Shown here piece after piece: positions 52,478 to 63,069 of a stretch of DNA of 64,000 bases. The notes under the pieces are model-generated. The model ran no database searches and was not told the DNA's origin. It saw nothing but the letters and a program-made list of their open reading frames with translations. Position numbers and translations under genes: made by a program. This stretch comes from an uncultured Prochlorococcus sp. (GTDB lineage: Bacteria > Cyanobacteriota > Cyanobacteriia > PCC-6307 > Cyanobiaceae), in the NCBI GenBank assembly GCA_902564535.1, contig CACFBG010000004.1, positions 5,893 to 69,892 on the forward strand, in the 5' to 3' direction. Numbering within the stretch: position 1 is the first letter of the stretch; the number at the start of each line of letters is the position of its first letter.

Positions 52478-53569
52478 GTGAGTTCATCTAGGAGGCGCAG
52501 GGTCTTCCCCTTCACTGCTGTGATTGGCCAGGAAGAAATGAAACTTGCCTTATTGCTCAATGTCATAGACCCTCGCATAGGTGGTGTCATGATCATGGGA
52601 GATAGAGGGACTGGCAAGTCAACCACAATTAGAGCACTCGCTGACCTCCTTCCTGCGATTGAAGTGGTTTCTGGAGATCCTTACAACAGCTCCCCAGAAG
52701 ATCCAGATCTTCAAAGCAGCGAGGTTAGAGAGGTTATTGAGAATGGAGAAGCTTTCTCAAAAGAAGAAAGACAAGTTCCAATGATTGATCTTCCTCTTGG
52801 GGCAACAGAAGACAGACTTTGCGGAACTATAGATATCGAGAAAGCATTGAGCGAAGGTATTAGAGCTTTTGAACCAGGACTACTTGCCAAAGCAAACAGA
52901 GGTTTGCTTTATGTAGATGAAGTAAACCTTCTTGATGATCACCTTGTTGATGTTTTACTTGACTCTGCAGCTTCTGGCTGGAACACCGTGGAAAGAGAAG
53001 GTGTTTCAGTAAGGCACCCAGCCAGATTTGTACTCATTGGATCTGGCAATCCAGAAGAAGGAGAATTACGACCACAGTTACTAGATAGATTTGGAATGAG
53101 TGTTGAAGTTAGAACGGTTAGAGAAGCTGAATTAAGAGTCAAAGTTGTAGATCAAAGAACTGCATTTGATGATGATCCTGATTCTTTTGCTATTGCAATA
53201 CAAACAAAACAAGATGAACTTCAGCAAAAAGTAGTTGCTGCACAAAAATTACTTAATGAAATTGAGATCGATGAAGATCTTAGATTAAAGATATCTGCTG
53301 TATGTGGCGAACTTGATGTTGACGGACTACGGGGAGATATTGTTACTAATAGAGCAGCTAGAGCAATAGCAGCATTTGAAGGAAGGAAAGAAGTCTCTGA
53401 AGATGATATTGCAAGAGTAATTTCCTGCTCTTTGAGACATCGTTTAAGAAAAGACCCTCTTGAGCAAGTTGATTCAGGAGATCGTGTAGTTAAAGCTTTC
53501 TGTAAAATATTTGAGAGGAGTGAAGATTCTGATATATCAGGATTCGAATTAGCTCCAACAGGCCAATAA
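52478..53569 (+). CDS. chlI: Magnesium chelatase ATPase subunit I
   Basis: [32 protein letters not shown] and [16 protein letters not shown] motifs. GTG start. Confidence 0.95.
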   Translation: MSSSRRRRVFPFTAVIGQEEMKLALLLNVIDPRIGGVMIMGDRGTGKSTTIRALADLLPAIEVVSGDPYNSSPEDPDLQSSEVREVIENGEAFSKEERQVPMIDLPLGATEDRLCGTIDIEKALSEGIRAFEPGLLAKANRGLLYVDEVNLLDDHLVDVLLDSAASGWNTVEREGVSVRHPARFVLIGSGNPEEGELRPQLLDRFGMSVEVRTVREAELRVKVVDQRTAFDDDPDSFAIAIQTKQDELQQKVVAAQKLLNEIEIDEDLRLKISAVCGELDVDGLRGDIVTNRAARAIAAFEGRKEVSEDDIARVISCSLRHRLRKDPLEQVDSGDRVVKAFCKIFERSEDSDISGFELAPTGQ

Positions 53570-53570
53570 A

Positions 53571-54035
53571 TTGATAATCCTTGGAATTGATCCTGGTTTA
53601 GCAAGAGTTGGTTATGGAGTTATAGATATAAACGAAAAACATTCAAAAATGCTTGATTGTGGAATTATAAAAACTAGTCCTAAAGATGAAGAAGGGATAA
53701 GAATGGTTGAGATAGCTAATGATTTAAGAAAATTAATAAGAACTTGGCAACCAAATCTTGCTTCCGTAGAAAAATTCTTTTTCTATAGATCAAGCACAAC
53801 AATAAGTGTTGTGCAGGCAAGGGGTGTTGTAATAATGACTCTCGCAAGATTTCATATACCCATTCTTGAATTTCCTCCAATGCAAATCAAACTATCAATT
53901 GCAGGATCAGGCCATGCAAAAAAAGATGAGGTTTTAGAAGCAGTCATGCGTGAATTAAATCTTCAAGTCCCACCTAGACCTGATGATGCTGCTGATGCCT
54001 TAGCAATAGCACTAACGGCCTGGTTTCAAAAGTAA
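53571..54035 (+). CDS. ruvC: Holliday junction resolvase RuvC
   Basis: ILGIDPGL...GYG and a C-terminal [14 protein letters not shown] start. Confidence 0.9.
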   Translation: MIILGIDPGLARVGYGVIDINEKHSKMLDCGIIKTSPKDEEGIRMVEIANDLRKLIRTWQPNLASVEKFFFYRSSTTISVVQARGVVIMTLARFHIPILEFPPMQIKLSIAGSGHAKKDEVLEAVMRELNLQVPPRPDDAADALAIALTAWFQK

Positions 54036-54075
54036 TCAATAAAATTCAAAATCTATTATTCATCTGTTATCTAAA

Positions 54076-54651
54076 ATGAAGGTTAAGGAATTAAAGAATC
54101 TCAAAAGGAAAGAATATCTTTCTATCCGTTCTAAAGTCTCTCGAAATACTGGAAAACTTATCAAGTTACAAGTAATAGATTTCTTAAAAAGAATAGAGTT
54201 TAACAATAAAAGAAAAGGTTATCTAGGAATTTATTGGCCCTTAGCAGGCGAAATCGATTTAAGAGATTTAAAAGTTGATTTTCCTAATAATATTGCTTTA
54301 CCTGTGTGTATTAATAAAAACGAAATGCTTTATCATTCTTGGGGGGAAAGTCCTTTACAAGAAGATCATGCCGGCATACCTGCTCCTATTCATGAAAGTC
54401 CTTTAAAGCCTGAATTATTAGAATTGTTGCTAGTTCCAGCAATTGCAATAGACAAAGGTGGTTTTAGGCTTGGATATGGAGGTGGTTATTTTGATTTACT
54501 AAGGAGTTCTTCAGACTGGCGCAAGGTGCCTGCATTGGTAATCACACCTCAAATTTGTGTGTCAAAGAATGATTTACCTAGAGAAGAATGGGATATTCCT
54601 TTTGATGGATGGATTACCGAACAGGGATTTATACAAAATAATCTATATTAA
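54076..54651 (+). CDS. 5-formyltetrahydrofolate cyclo-ligase
   Basis: GIYWPL..E.D, LLVPAIA.D..G.RLGYGGGYFD. Confidence 0.8.
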   Translation: MKVKELKNLKRKEYLSIRSKVSRNTGKLIKLQVIDFLKRIEFNNKRKGYLGIYWPLAGEIDLRDLKVDFPNNIALPVCINKNEMLYHSWGESPLQEDHAGIPAPIHESPLKPELLELLLVPAIAIDKGGFRLGYGGGYFDLLRSSSDWRKVPALVITPQICVSKNDLPREEWDIPFDGWITEQGFIQNNLY

Positions 54652-54735
54652 GAAAACAAAAATTTGAATGATTTCCAAGAATCTATTTCTCCTAATAATT
54701 AACTCAAAATTCTCTTCTAAGTTTTTCATACGCTT

Positions 54736-55191
54736 ATGAACAAGCCAATTCAATCATCCTCACAAATAACCTATGGGAGCGAGTCTTTAGACAAAATTGT
54801 TAAACGTTTGCAATCCACAGATGAACCAAGAAAACGCTATGAATATGTACTTTGGTTAGCGAAAAAATTACCTATTTTATCTCAAGAATTCCAAAATGAA
54901 AGTATTAAGGTCAAAGGGTGCATCTCTCAAGTTTATGTTTTAGGTAAAATTCACAATGGACGGATTAGTTGGGAAGGCTACTCAGATGCCTTGATAACAA
55001 AAGGGTTACTTTCTCTTCTTATTCAGGGGTTAAACAACTTAACTCCTGAGGAAATATTGAAAATTGATCCTAACTTTATTACTGCTACTGGTCTAAGTAG
55101 CAGCCTAACCCCATCTAGAGCGAATGGATTTCTTAATATTCTTCTGAGCATGAAATCTCAAGCTCAGATCCTAAAAATGAAAGTCCATTGA
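54736..55191 (+). CDS. sufE: SufE-family cysteine desulfuration (sulfur acceptor) protein
   Basis: RYEY.L.L.K..P, the active-site context KGCISQVYV, and SDALITKGL. Confidence 0.8.
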   Translation: MNKPIQSSSQITYGSESLDKIVKRLQSTDEPRKRYEYVLWLAKKLPILSQEFQNESIKVKGCISQVYVLGKIHNGRISWEGYSDALITKGLLSLLIQGLNNLTPEEILKIDPNFITATGLSSSLTPSRANGFLNILLSMKSQAQILKMKVH

Positions 55192-55248
55192 TTAATCCTA
55201 GAAGTTTTTTAAATTTTCTTCTCACCAATAATTAAAAGGAGATTCAAA

Positions 55249-56565
55249 ATGGAATCAAAATTAGGAATAGGTCTTCTCGGACTTGGAACTGTAGGTTCTG
55301 GTGTCGCAGAAATAATTTTAAATCCAGAAAATAGGCATCCTTTAGTTTCTGATATTGAATTAATTGGAGTAGCCGTTAGAGATAAAAAACGACAAAGAAA
55401 AATCAGCATTCCAGATCAAATTATTACTACAGACCCCTTACAAATTGTAGATGACCCAAGAATTCAAATAATTGTTGAAGTAATGGGAGGGTTAGAGCCA
55501 GCCAGGAGTCTAATCATTAGAGCAATTAAAAATGGAAAGTCAATAGTAACCGCAAACAAATCAGTTATTGCTAGATATGGTGATGAGATCGCAAGTTTAG
55601 CAAATGATAATGGTGTCTATGTTCTTATTGAAGCTGCAGTCGGAGGTGGTATTCCTATTATAGAACCTATCAAACAATCTCTTGGTGGTAATCAAATAAA
55701 AAGAGTCACAGGAATAATTAATGGGACAACAAATTATATCTTAAGTCGTATGGAAAAAGAAGGAGCTGCATTTGATAAAATATTAAAAACTGCTCAAGAA
55801 TTAGGCTACGCAGAAGCAAACCCTGCAGCAGATATAGAAGGTTTAGATGCTGCAGATAAAATTGCAATCTTGAGTGGATTATCTTTTGGAGGTAATATTA
55901 ATCGAGCAGATATACCGACCCAAGGCATCAATAATCTTCAGAGTAGAGATATTGATTATGCTAAAAGATTAGGATATCAAATTAAATTATTAGCAATTTC
56001 TGAACGAATAGATTCAAAAGAGTCCAATAAAGATTCACTCCCATTGGCCGTTAGGGTCCAACCTACCTTAATTTCACAAGAACATCCTCTCGCAGGAGTA
56101 AATGGAGTAAATAATGCGATTCTTATCGAAGGAGATCCGATTGGAGAAGTAATGTTTTATGGCCCTGGGGCAGGAGCAGGACCCACGGCTTCCGCTGTGG
56201 TGGCAGACATTCTCAATATCGCAGGTGTAAAGAAATTAGGAGGCAATGGAACCCAATTAGATCCATTACTAGCTGCTAATAGCTGGCGAGATTGTCACCT
56301 AGTAGGGAGTGATGAGATTATTCAAAGCAATTACATACGATTAATCTGTGAGGATTCTCCTGGCGTAATTGGAAAAATAGGAAAAGTTTTTGGAGAAAGA
56401 AATGTTTCCATTGAGTCAATAGTTCAATTTGAAGCCAATCCTTTAGGGGCAGAGATTGTAGTTATCACTCATAAAGTCACTCAAGGACAAATTAAAGATT
56501 CATTAAATGGAATCAAACAACTTGATGAAATAAAAGAAGTAGCAGCGCATATGGGCTGCTTGTAA
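55249..56565 (+). CDS. hom: Homoserine dehydrogenase with a C-terminal ACT domain
   Basis: GLLGLGTVGSG, VTANK, INGTTNYIL and LGYAEA.P..D.EG.D motifs. An AAGGAG Shine-Dalgarno sequence lies about 8 nt upstream. Confidence 0.9.
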   Translation: MESKLGIGLLGLGTVGSGVAEIILNPENRHPLVSDIELIGVAVRDKKRQRKISIPDQIITTDPLQIVDDPRIQIIVEVMGGLEPARSLIIRAIKNGKSIVTANKSVIARYGDEIASLANDNGVYVLIEAAVGGGIPIIEPIKQSLGGNQIKRVTGIINGTTNYILSRMEKEGAAFDKILKTAQELGYAEANPAADIEGLDAADKIAILSGLSFGGNINRADIPTQGINNLQSRDIDYAKRLGYQIKLLAISERIDSKESNKDSLPLAVRVQPTLISQEHPLAGVNGVNNAILIEGDPIGEVMFYGPGAGAGPTASAVVADILNIAGVKKLGGNGTQLDPLLAANSWRDCHLVGSDEIIQSNYIRLICEDSPGVIGKIGKVFGERNVSIESIVQFEANPLGAEIVVITHKVTQGQIKDSLNGIKQLDEIKEVAAHMGCL

Positions 56566-56724
56566 CTCCTAAAAAAGGCATAGAAATCAATCAAAGCAGG
56601 AATGATCTTTGGAGAAAAGGAAATAAAAGGTTTACAGACCATCACTTATGCTCCTATTTTTAGTTAATAAGGATTGTATTTAGGAGAAGGGCAACTAACT
56701 CCTCAGAACTTTTGCCGAAATCCT

Positions 56725-56895
56725 ATGGACTTACATCAAGGCGATTGTATTCAACTACTAAAGAGCGAAGATCTGTTCCAAGTCATAGGAATAGATGATG
56801 AACATGAAAGATGCTGGGTTAGAAGATGGCCACTTCTTCCTAAGGGATCCCCTGTTTTTGAAATATCGATGCAGCAAATAGCTCAAACAAGCTAA
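56725..56895 (+). CDS. Hypothetical small protein (56 aa from the internal ATG)
   Basis: ORF only. I prefer the ATG at 56725 to the TTG at 56674. Confidence 0.35.
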   Translation: MDLHQGDCIQLLKSEDLFQVIGIDDEHERCWVRRWPLLPKGSPVFEISMQQIAQTS

Positions 56896-56947
56896 AAAGA
56901 TTTATTAATTTAATGTGATAAATAAATTATTCTGAGATTATATATTA

Positions 56948-58537
56948 ATGAAATTAATATACAGATTTAATATTAACAATGGTTTATTTTTACTCTTTAT
57001 TTTTTTATTATTAATAGGGCAATCTTCATGTAAAGCATATAAAGATAATACAAGAATAATAATTGCAGGGGCAGGAAAGATAACATCTGCCGACCCTGCA
57101 CAGGCTAGTACATTTCATGCTATTCAACTAATAAGCGCTATAGGAGATCCATTATATAGAATTAATTCCGAAGGAAAACTTATTCCAATATTAGCTTCGA
57201 ATTTACCTAAGATCAGCAAAAATGGTTTAGAATTATTTATTCCCTTAAAGGAAAATATCTACTTTCATGACGGAACCAAATTCAATGCAGAAGCAATGGT
57301 ATTTAGTTTAAATAGATTTATAAAAATAGGGACTACAAATTATATTTTAGACAATAGGATCAGCTCTATCGAAGCATTAGAGCCTTATCTTATAAAGATA
57401 AAGCTTACTCGAAGATCTAGTTCTATCAATGGACTCTTGACATCAATAAATCTTACTCCTGTCTCTCCAAATGCTTATAAAGATCATAAAGATAAATTTT
57501 TAAATCAAAAATTTATAGGGACAGGAGCATACAAATTAACAAATTTCAATTCACATCAACAAAGACTTGAGCCTTTTGAGAATTACTGGGGAGAAAAGGC
57601 AAAGAATAAAGGAATTAATTTCATTTCTCTAAGTAATTCAACGGCATTATTTGCTGCCTTGAGAAGCAAGGAAATTGATTTACTATTATCAAACTCACTA
57701 GACGAAGACCAGCGAAAGTATCTTGATCAAATGGCTAAGAAAGGTGAGCTTCGAACAGGAGAAGGTAACGCCCTTGAGATTGGCTTTATAAGCATAAATA
57801 CCAGTACAAAGCCATTTGACAATGCTAGTTTTAGAGAAGCGATAGCTAGATCAATAGATAGAGAATTAATAAGTGAAAGAGTTAGCTATAATTCCAGATC
57901 TCCAATACGAACAATAGTACCATCAACACTTGCAGGTGAAAAATTATCTCCTTGGCCTAAATATAGTCCCCATATTGCCAAGAAACTTTTAAGGGAACTT
58001 GGCTATTGTAGAAATAAGCAAGCAAAGGTTGATTTAACATTTAGATCGAATGTACCAGCCGATAAGTTACTTGCTTTAACATGGCAAGAACAAATAAAAA
58101 GGGATTTACCTAAATGCTTAAGCATCACTCTGAATGGACTTGAATCTACAACAATTTATAGACAATTAAGCAAAGGATCTTTTCAATTAGTTATACTTGA
58201 CTGGAGAGGGGCCTATCCTGACCCAGAAGCTTATCTAACACCTCTTTTAAGTTGTAAAAAGATCAATAATGCAACATGCGAAGAAGGTGAGGCAGTAAAC
58301 AGTGGTAGTTTTTGGGGGTCATCATTAATAAATAAAACCATCAAAGAAAGTGAATTTTTAAATGGCTCCAAGCGCTTACTTAAGCTTAAAGAAGTTGAAG
58401 AATATGCCGCAAAGAATATTCCCTATATCCCAATATGGGCGATAACTCCAAAAGCGTGGAGTCAGCCAAATATAAACAAACCTGAATTTGATGAGAGTGG
58501 TTATTTATTACTTAAGCGCCTTAGGAAGGTCAAATAA
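56948..58537 (+). CDS. ABC transporter substrate-binding protein, family 5 (peptide/nickel/opine type)
   Basis: Signal-anchor N-terminus with a Cys (GQSSCKA); overall SBP_bac_5 character (F.DG..F.A..V.FS..R; G.Y.L). Confidence 0.8.
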   Translation: MKLIYRFNINNGLFLLFIFLLLIGQSSCKAYKDNTRIIIAGAGKITSADPAQASTFHAIQLISAIGDPLYRINSEGKLIPILASNLPKISKNGLELFIPLKENIYFHDGTKFNAEAMVFSLNRFIKIGTTNYILDNRISSIEALEPYLIKIKLTRRSSSINGLLTSINLTPVSPNAYKDHKDKFLNQKFIGTGAYKLTNFNSHQQRLEPFENYWGEKAKNKGINFISLSNSTALFAALRSKEIDLLLSNSLDEDQRKYLDQMAKKGELRTGEGNALEIGFISINTSTKPFDNASFREAIARSIDRELISERVSYNSRSPIRTIVPSTLAGEKLSPWPKYSPHIAKKLLRELGYCRNKQAKVDLTFRSNVPADKLLALTWQEQIKRDLPKCLSITLNGLESTTIYRQLSKGSFQLVILDWRGAYPDPEAYLTPLLSCKKINNATCEEGEAVNSGSFWGSSLINKTIKESEFLNGSKRLLKLKEVEEYAAKNIPYIPIWAITPKAWSQPNINKPEFDESGYLLLKRLRKVK

Positions 58538-59556
58538 TGAATAGAGGTAAAGAGCTTCTTAAATACAGTTTCACAAGATTAGCATTAGCACCTTTAATGC
58601 TTTGTTTAATAGCGACACTTGTATTTCTCTTGTTAAGGATTGCTCCAGGTGATCCTGTTGATGCGATTCTGGGAAATAGAGCTAACGAAATAGCCAAAGA
58701 AGCTTTAAGGCAAAAACTTGGTTTAGATATATCCCTATGGGATCAATATATAAATTTCATTAAAGGGCTAATTAATGGTGACTTAGGTACAGCTTTAATT
58801 AATCAAGAACCAGTAAATCAAATTATTGCAAAGACTCTTCCTGCCACTATTGAGCTAAGCATCTGTGCACTAATTCTAGCTATTTTAATAGGAACAATAG
58901 TTGGGTTAAGTGGAACAGCAAAACCTGAAGGTCAAATAGACTTTCTAGGAAGAGTTTATGGAATCAGCACTTATGCTTTACCTCCATTTTGGGCCGCAAT
59001 GATGGTGCAGATATTTTTTGCAGTTATTCTTGGTTGGCTGCCTGTAGGAGGACGTTTCCCACCAACTTTAATTCAACCTAATGGTAGCGGATTTCTTCTT
59101 CTTGATAGTTTTATAAACTTAGATTTTGAAGCTTTTAAAGGTACAATTCGTCATTTATTTCTACCCGCCAGTACATTAGGAATACTATTAAGTGGGATTT
59201 TCAGTAGGGCTATTAGACTTAATCTCAATGAGGTACTTAGAACAGATTATATTCAAGCAGCAAGAGCAAGAGGTCTAAATAAATCTCAAATACTTTTTAT
59301 TCATGCTCTACCAAATGCCCTATTACCAGTACTAACTATTGCTGGTATTACTATTGCCTCATTAATAGGTGGTGCATTACTAATCGAAATTACATTTTCC
59401 TGGCCTGGCATAGCTTTACGAATGCAGGAAGCAATAAATCAACGAGATTATCCAGTCGTTCAAGGAATTGTTATTGTTATATCGAGTCTTGTAGTAATGA
59501 TAGGGTTAATTGTTGACTTAATTGTTGCTTTTATCGACCCAAGAATACGATATTAA
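58537..59556 (+). CDS. ABC transporter permease, DppB/OppB type
   Basis: N-terminal RIAPGDPV motif and the EAA-loop region DYIQAARARGL. The start overlaps the SBP stop (ATAATG). Confidence 0.85.
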   Translation: MNRGKELLKYSFTRLALAPLMLCLIATLVFLLLRIAPGDPVDAILGNRANEIAKEALRQKLGLDISLWDQYINFIKGLINGDLGTALINQEPVNQIIAKTLPATIELSICALILAILIGTIVGLSGTAKPEGQIDFLGRVYGISTYALPPFWAAMMVQIFFAVILGWLPVGGRFPPTLIQPNGSGFLLLDSFINLDFEAFKGTIRHLFLPASTLGILLSGIFSRAIRLNLNEVLRTDYIQAARARGLNKSQILFIHALPNALLPVLTIAGITIASLIGGALLIEITFSWPGIALRMQEAINQRDYPVVQGIVIVISSLVVMIGLIVDLIVAFIDPRIRY

Positions 59557-61157
59557 TTATTCAAGAGGTCCTGCACAGCTCTCCTATTCATAAGATGCAA
59601 TCTCAAGTTTCCTTTTTGCTGATGAACTGAAGTTCCGACTTCTTTATCCATTTCTATAAACTCTAAAAATCTCATTATTTCTTCGCTGTATATTTTTTGA
59701 ACTGACAATGGTTCAACCCCTACAAATGCATCATCTAATTGGAACAAATCATTACCTCTTTCTCTTTTATCTTGCCCCTGAACTCTTATTGGAGAGAAAT
59801 GACTAGCACCTTCAATCAATAGTGTTCGGCTATATCTATTTGACTTTGTAGATATCAAAAGACCAAGCTGTTCTTGTTGCGGTGGAGTAATTAAATCAAG
59901 TGTTCCACCTATTAAAAATACAGGCACAGGTATTTCTGCATCACTATCATTTGGCCAAAGCAAACTACCAAAACTATTTATTGCAATTATGGCATTTAAG
60001 TTAGCGATTTTTTCTTGTTTAGTTAAGTCAACCATTACCAATTGACATTGCAATAATTGAGAAAGATTTGTTAAAGACAAATCATCAAGAGCTTTCTCAC
60101 ATCTATTAGCAAGTCCTTCTTGTGGTATTGCACCTGACGCAAGAAATGAAGACAAAGCGCCTAAAGAGTGACCCATCAAAACTAGTTTCTGCCCAGGAAT
60201 TCTGAAGCTTTCACTATTGCGAAAATGAATTACTGATTTCAAATCTGCCAATCGATCTGGTATTACTTCTGCTCCGGGCACAACATTTTTCCCTTCCAGC
60301 AATTCCTTAACGGCTTTAACATCACTACCTGGATGCTCTAGGAGTACAACTGGCCAACCATTAAAACTTAACTGCCTTGCGAGCCATCGAAAATGATCCT
60401 GACTTCCACCCAGACCTGGCATAAAGATGATCCAACTTGATCTCTCAAAAGTATTTTTCTGAGGCAACCAAACTTCTAGTAAAAGTGGATTTGGTCGATG
60501 CTCAACATAAAGAGGGATCAACTCAGAAGAAATTGTGTTATCTCCACTTATTTCTCTTAATGTACTAACTTCTTGTCTCGATTCCGAATTTAATTTACCA
60601 AGTGCTAGTACAAGCTCTTGCTGCCCTTTCAATGCATTTTTCCAACGTTCTGCGAGCTTCAGAAGTGAATCTAATTCAAGATGAATATTTCTAGCAGGGA
60701 GTGCTTTCAAAAGATCAATTGTGGTCACCTGAGGTTGTTTTTCTAATAATTCCTCAAGGGTATTTAATACTTTGATCCCACTACGATCATCATCAAGCCT
60801 TATAAGATCACTTAATTCATCAATTAGCTGTCTTCCTGCCCAACTCCTCATTAATTGTCTAATCATACTTCTATCTTTGAAGAGAGGTGCTTCAAGAAGT
60901 TTGGACAACCCATATTGACTTTGGACATCTAAAAGACTTAACCAATCAGATAGTTCGGTCTTAGTGGTAACTTTTGATCCTCGCCAATCTCCCAAATCCT
61001 TTATTAAAATTGGAATAGACATATCTTCAAACTCAACTACCAATCTTTCCGCTGCCCTAAAAGGCGCATCATTTAGCAAAGAAAAGACCAGACTGAAAAA
61101 CAGTCCGAACAAAAAACTTTTTTCTTTTGAGCGCAGTAAGCCCAAAGTTAAATCCAA
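59553..61157 (-). CDS. Secreted alpha/beta hydrolase with a DUF1400-like N-terminal domain
   Basis: Nucleophile elbow GHSLGA and a signal-peptide-like N-terminus. There is no in-frame ATG near the 5' end, so the start (TTG/CTG) is uncertain. Confidence 0.6.
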   Translation of the reverse strand: MDLTLGLLRSKEKSFLFGLFFSLVFSLLNDAPFRAAERLVVEFEDMSIPILIKDLGDWRGSKVTTKTELSDWLSLLDVQSQYGLSKLLEAPLFKDRSMIRQLMRSWAGRQLIDELSDLIRLDDDRSGIKVLNTLEELLEKQPQVTTIDLLKALPARNIHLELDSLLKLAERWKNALKGQQELVLALGKLNSESRQEVSTLREISGDNTISSELIPLYVEHRPNPLLLEVWLPQKNTFERSSWIIFMPGLGGSQDHFRWLARQLSFNGWPVVLLEHPGSDVKAVKELLEGKNVVPGAEVIPDRLADLKSVIHFRNSESFRIPGQKLVLMGHSLGALSSFLASGAIPQEGLANRCEKALDDLSLTNLSQLLQCQLVMVDLTKQEKIANLNAIIAINSFGSLLWPNDSDAEIPVPVFLIGGTLDLITPPQQEQLGLLISTKSNRYSRTLLIEGASHFSPIRVQGQDKRERGNDLFQLDDAFVGVEPLSVQKIYSEEIMRFLEFIEMDKEVGTSVHQQKGNLRLHLMNRRAVQDLLNN

Positions 61158-62395
61158 TTAATTGGTGGTACCAGTTTCCTACACCACTTCGTCTGATTAC
61201 TAAAAGTCGTTTTTTAGCCTCAGTTGGTGCAGGGGGTGTCATATATCTAACACCATTAGTCTTCAATCAAGAAAATTTCACTGCTACGCAAATAGGTTCT
61301 GGGCTAGCTCTCGCCGCACTTATAGGAACAGTCGCTCGACTTGCTAGTGGTTTGCTCTTAGATCGAGGAATTACTTGTTTAAATCTAATTCGACTAACAG
61401 CCTTCATTGCAATAGTTGCTGATTTCTCTCTCTTTTTTGCGCAAAGCTATGAAGGTTTTATTCAAGGTCAACTTTTAATTGGGCTCGCCGCTGGGCTGTA
61501 TTGGCCATCTATTGAACTAGGCGTACCTATGAGTTGTAAAAATTTTCCATCAAGTAGAGGTTTTGCTCTAGGCAGAAGTGCAGATGCATTAGGAATAAGC
61601 ATTGGGGCTACAGTTGGAGCAATAGCTACTTGGGGAGGATTCATTAGAGGCATATATTTATTTGAAACAATATGCATGCTTTCTTTACTTTTAATATTGC
61701 ACAGGAAGAAGATTAAGGATGAAAGAAAAATTGATGCTATTTATCAACAATCAAAAAAAAATGAGACTCTTGATAAAAACAAAATTATTTCAAAGAATTA
61801 TTTATGGATATATTCTTTAATTCCTATTCTTTTAATTAGTCTTCTCACAACAGGTATATTATCTTTGCTTCAAAGTGCACTCCCAATAGATCTAGTCAAA
61901 GGTGGAATCAACAGACCAGCTCTTAGCGAGGGTTGGAGTGGAGGTCTCATTGCAATTCAATTGATATTACTTGTTATTTTGCAATGGCCTACTGGTCGAT
62001 GGATATCAGATAAAAATATTAAGTATGGATTAAATATAAGTATAGTTTGCCTAGGAATTGGTTGCTTATTTATAGGACTTTCTAGCTTATGGTCATATGG
62101 AGCAATCTTAATACTTTTAGCCCAATTTCCAATGGCTTTTGGCCTAGCTATTTTCCTGCCTACTTCTACCGAAGCAATAATTAGTCAAACACCTCTTATA
62201 AGACAAGGATTAGCAATGGCCCTTTTCTCCCAATGTTTTGCAATAAGTGCTTTTTTTGCACCAATAATTTCTGGAAGGATATTAGACTCTCAAGGTCATG
62301 GTTTATATTTATGGATAGGTGTATTTTCCTTATGCTTAATATCATTATTATATTTAAATAGACTGAATTATCTTGACTTAAAAAAGGTTACTTAA
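61127..62395 (+). CDS. Major facilitator superfamily transporter
   Basis: About 12 hydrophobic segments with a central K/E-rich loop. Non-ATG start is uncertain. Confidence 0.7.
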   Translation: MSAVSPKLNPINWWYQFPTPLRLITKSRFLASVGAGGVIYLTPLVFNQENFTATQIGSGLALAALIGTVARLASGLLLDRGITCLNLIRLTAFIAIVADFSLFFAQSYEGFIQGQLLIGLAAGLYWPSIELGVPMSCKNFPSSRGFALGRSADALGISIGATVGAIATWGGFIRGIYLFETICMLSLLLILHRKKIKDERKIDAIYQQSKKNETLDKNKIISKNYLWIYSLIPILLISLLTTGILSLLQSALPIDLVKGGINRPALSEGWSGGLIAIQLILLVILQWPTGRWISDKNIKYGLNISIVCLGIGCLFIGLSSLWSYGAILILLAQFPMAFGLAIFLPTSTEAIISQTPLIRQGLAMALFSQCFAISAFFAPIISGRILDSQGHGLYLWIGVFSLCLISLLYLNRLNYLDLKKVT

Positions 62396-62775
62396 AAATC
62401 CAATTGACATTCATCATCTTTTAATAACTCAATAAATCTTCTTTCCCTTAAAAAAAGAAATAAAGGGGCAGCAAAAGCAAAAGCTATTATGAAGGTTGAC
62501 AAGATCACAATCCATAGATTCTTCATCTTTAGTCTTATAGATTCTGCAATAATCCATACAGTCACAGCCCCAGCTCCCACGAGCAAATCCCTCGAGAGAG
62601 ATTGTGCAGCAGGATTAGAATTAGCAAGTTCCACAAAAAGTTTTATATCGAATGAAGGTCCATATGACCTAACGAAATCAATGTTTGCAAGCGTAGGAAG
62701 AATTGCGCCCAAAAAAGCAAATATAAGATATAAAATTGATAGAAATTGATGATTCTGAAGAGATTTTTGTTTCAT
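62392..62775 (-). CDS. DUF2834-like small membrane protein
   Basis: Four hydrophobic segments. The pattern F....G..FD...F......N.A..S...DL resembles DUF2834. Its stop codon overlaps the MFS stop within TTAA. Confidence 0.5.
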   Translation of the reverse strand: MKQKSLQNHQFLSILYLIFAFLGAILPTLANIDFVRSYGPSFDIKLFVELANSNPAAQSLSRDLLVGAGAVTVWIIAESIRLKMKNLWIVILSTFIIAFAFAAPLFLFLRERRFIELLKDDECQLDF

Positions 62776-62868
62776 TTATAAAGTTAATTATCAAGTAAAC
62801 TATTTTAAATTACAAAATTTTTTATCTATCAAATAATATATATATATACTTAATTTAATATCCCAATC

Positions 62869-63030
62869 CTACCCTAAACCGATTTGGGCAAGAATTCCTT
62901 GTCCAGTAAGAATCTCAGTGGCTAACCCCACTAAAAGTCCAAGCATCGCAAGCCTGCCATTCCAAGACTCGGCGAATGGGACCCATCCGTAACGGCTAGT
63001 GGTTCCCTTAGGATCTGAACTACTACTCAT
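62869..63030 (-). CDS. hli: High-light-inducible protein (HLIP, one-helix CAB family), 53 aa; absent from the ORF track
   Basis: Manual translation gives MSSSSDPKGTTSRYGWVPFAESWNGRLAMLGLLVGLATEILTGQGILAQIGLG*, which carries the AE.WNGR.AMLG......E..TG chlorophyll-binding helix. Confidence 0.9.
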   Translation of the reverse strand: MSSSSDPKGTTSRYGWVPFAESWNGRLAMLGLLVGLATEILTGQGILAQIGLG

Positions 63031-63069
63031 TGCGAAGAAGAAACTTAAGTCGAAGGGGGTAGAGCTGTG

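Noticed and set aside
61127-61157. 31-nt divergent overlap of the hydrolase and MFS transporter coding starts
   Set aside because: Both ORFs begin with non-ATG codons chosen by maximal extension. The true starts are probably internal (alternative TTG/CTG/GTG codons), which would remove the overlap. This is an annotation artefact rather than biology.
62392-62395. Overlapping stop codons of the convergent MFS and DUF2834 genes within TTAA
   Set aside because: It is real but trivial, reflecting a compact genome. No functional implication can be argued from the sequence.
62836-62849. Short TA dinucleotide runs (also at about 23878-23890)
   Set aside because: They are only 6-7 units long and are expected in intergenic DNA this AT-rich. 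I mention them only as context for the spacers.
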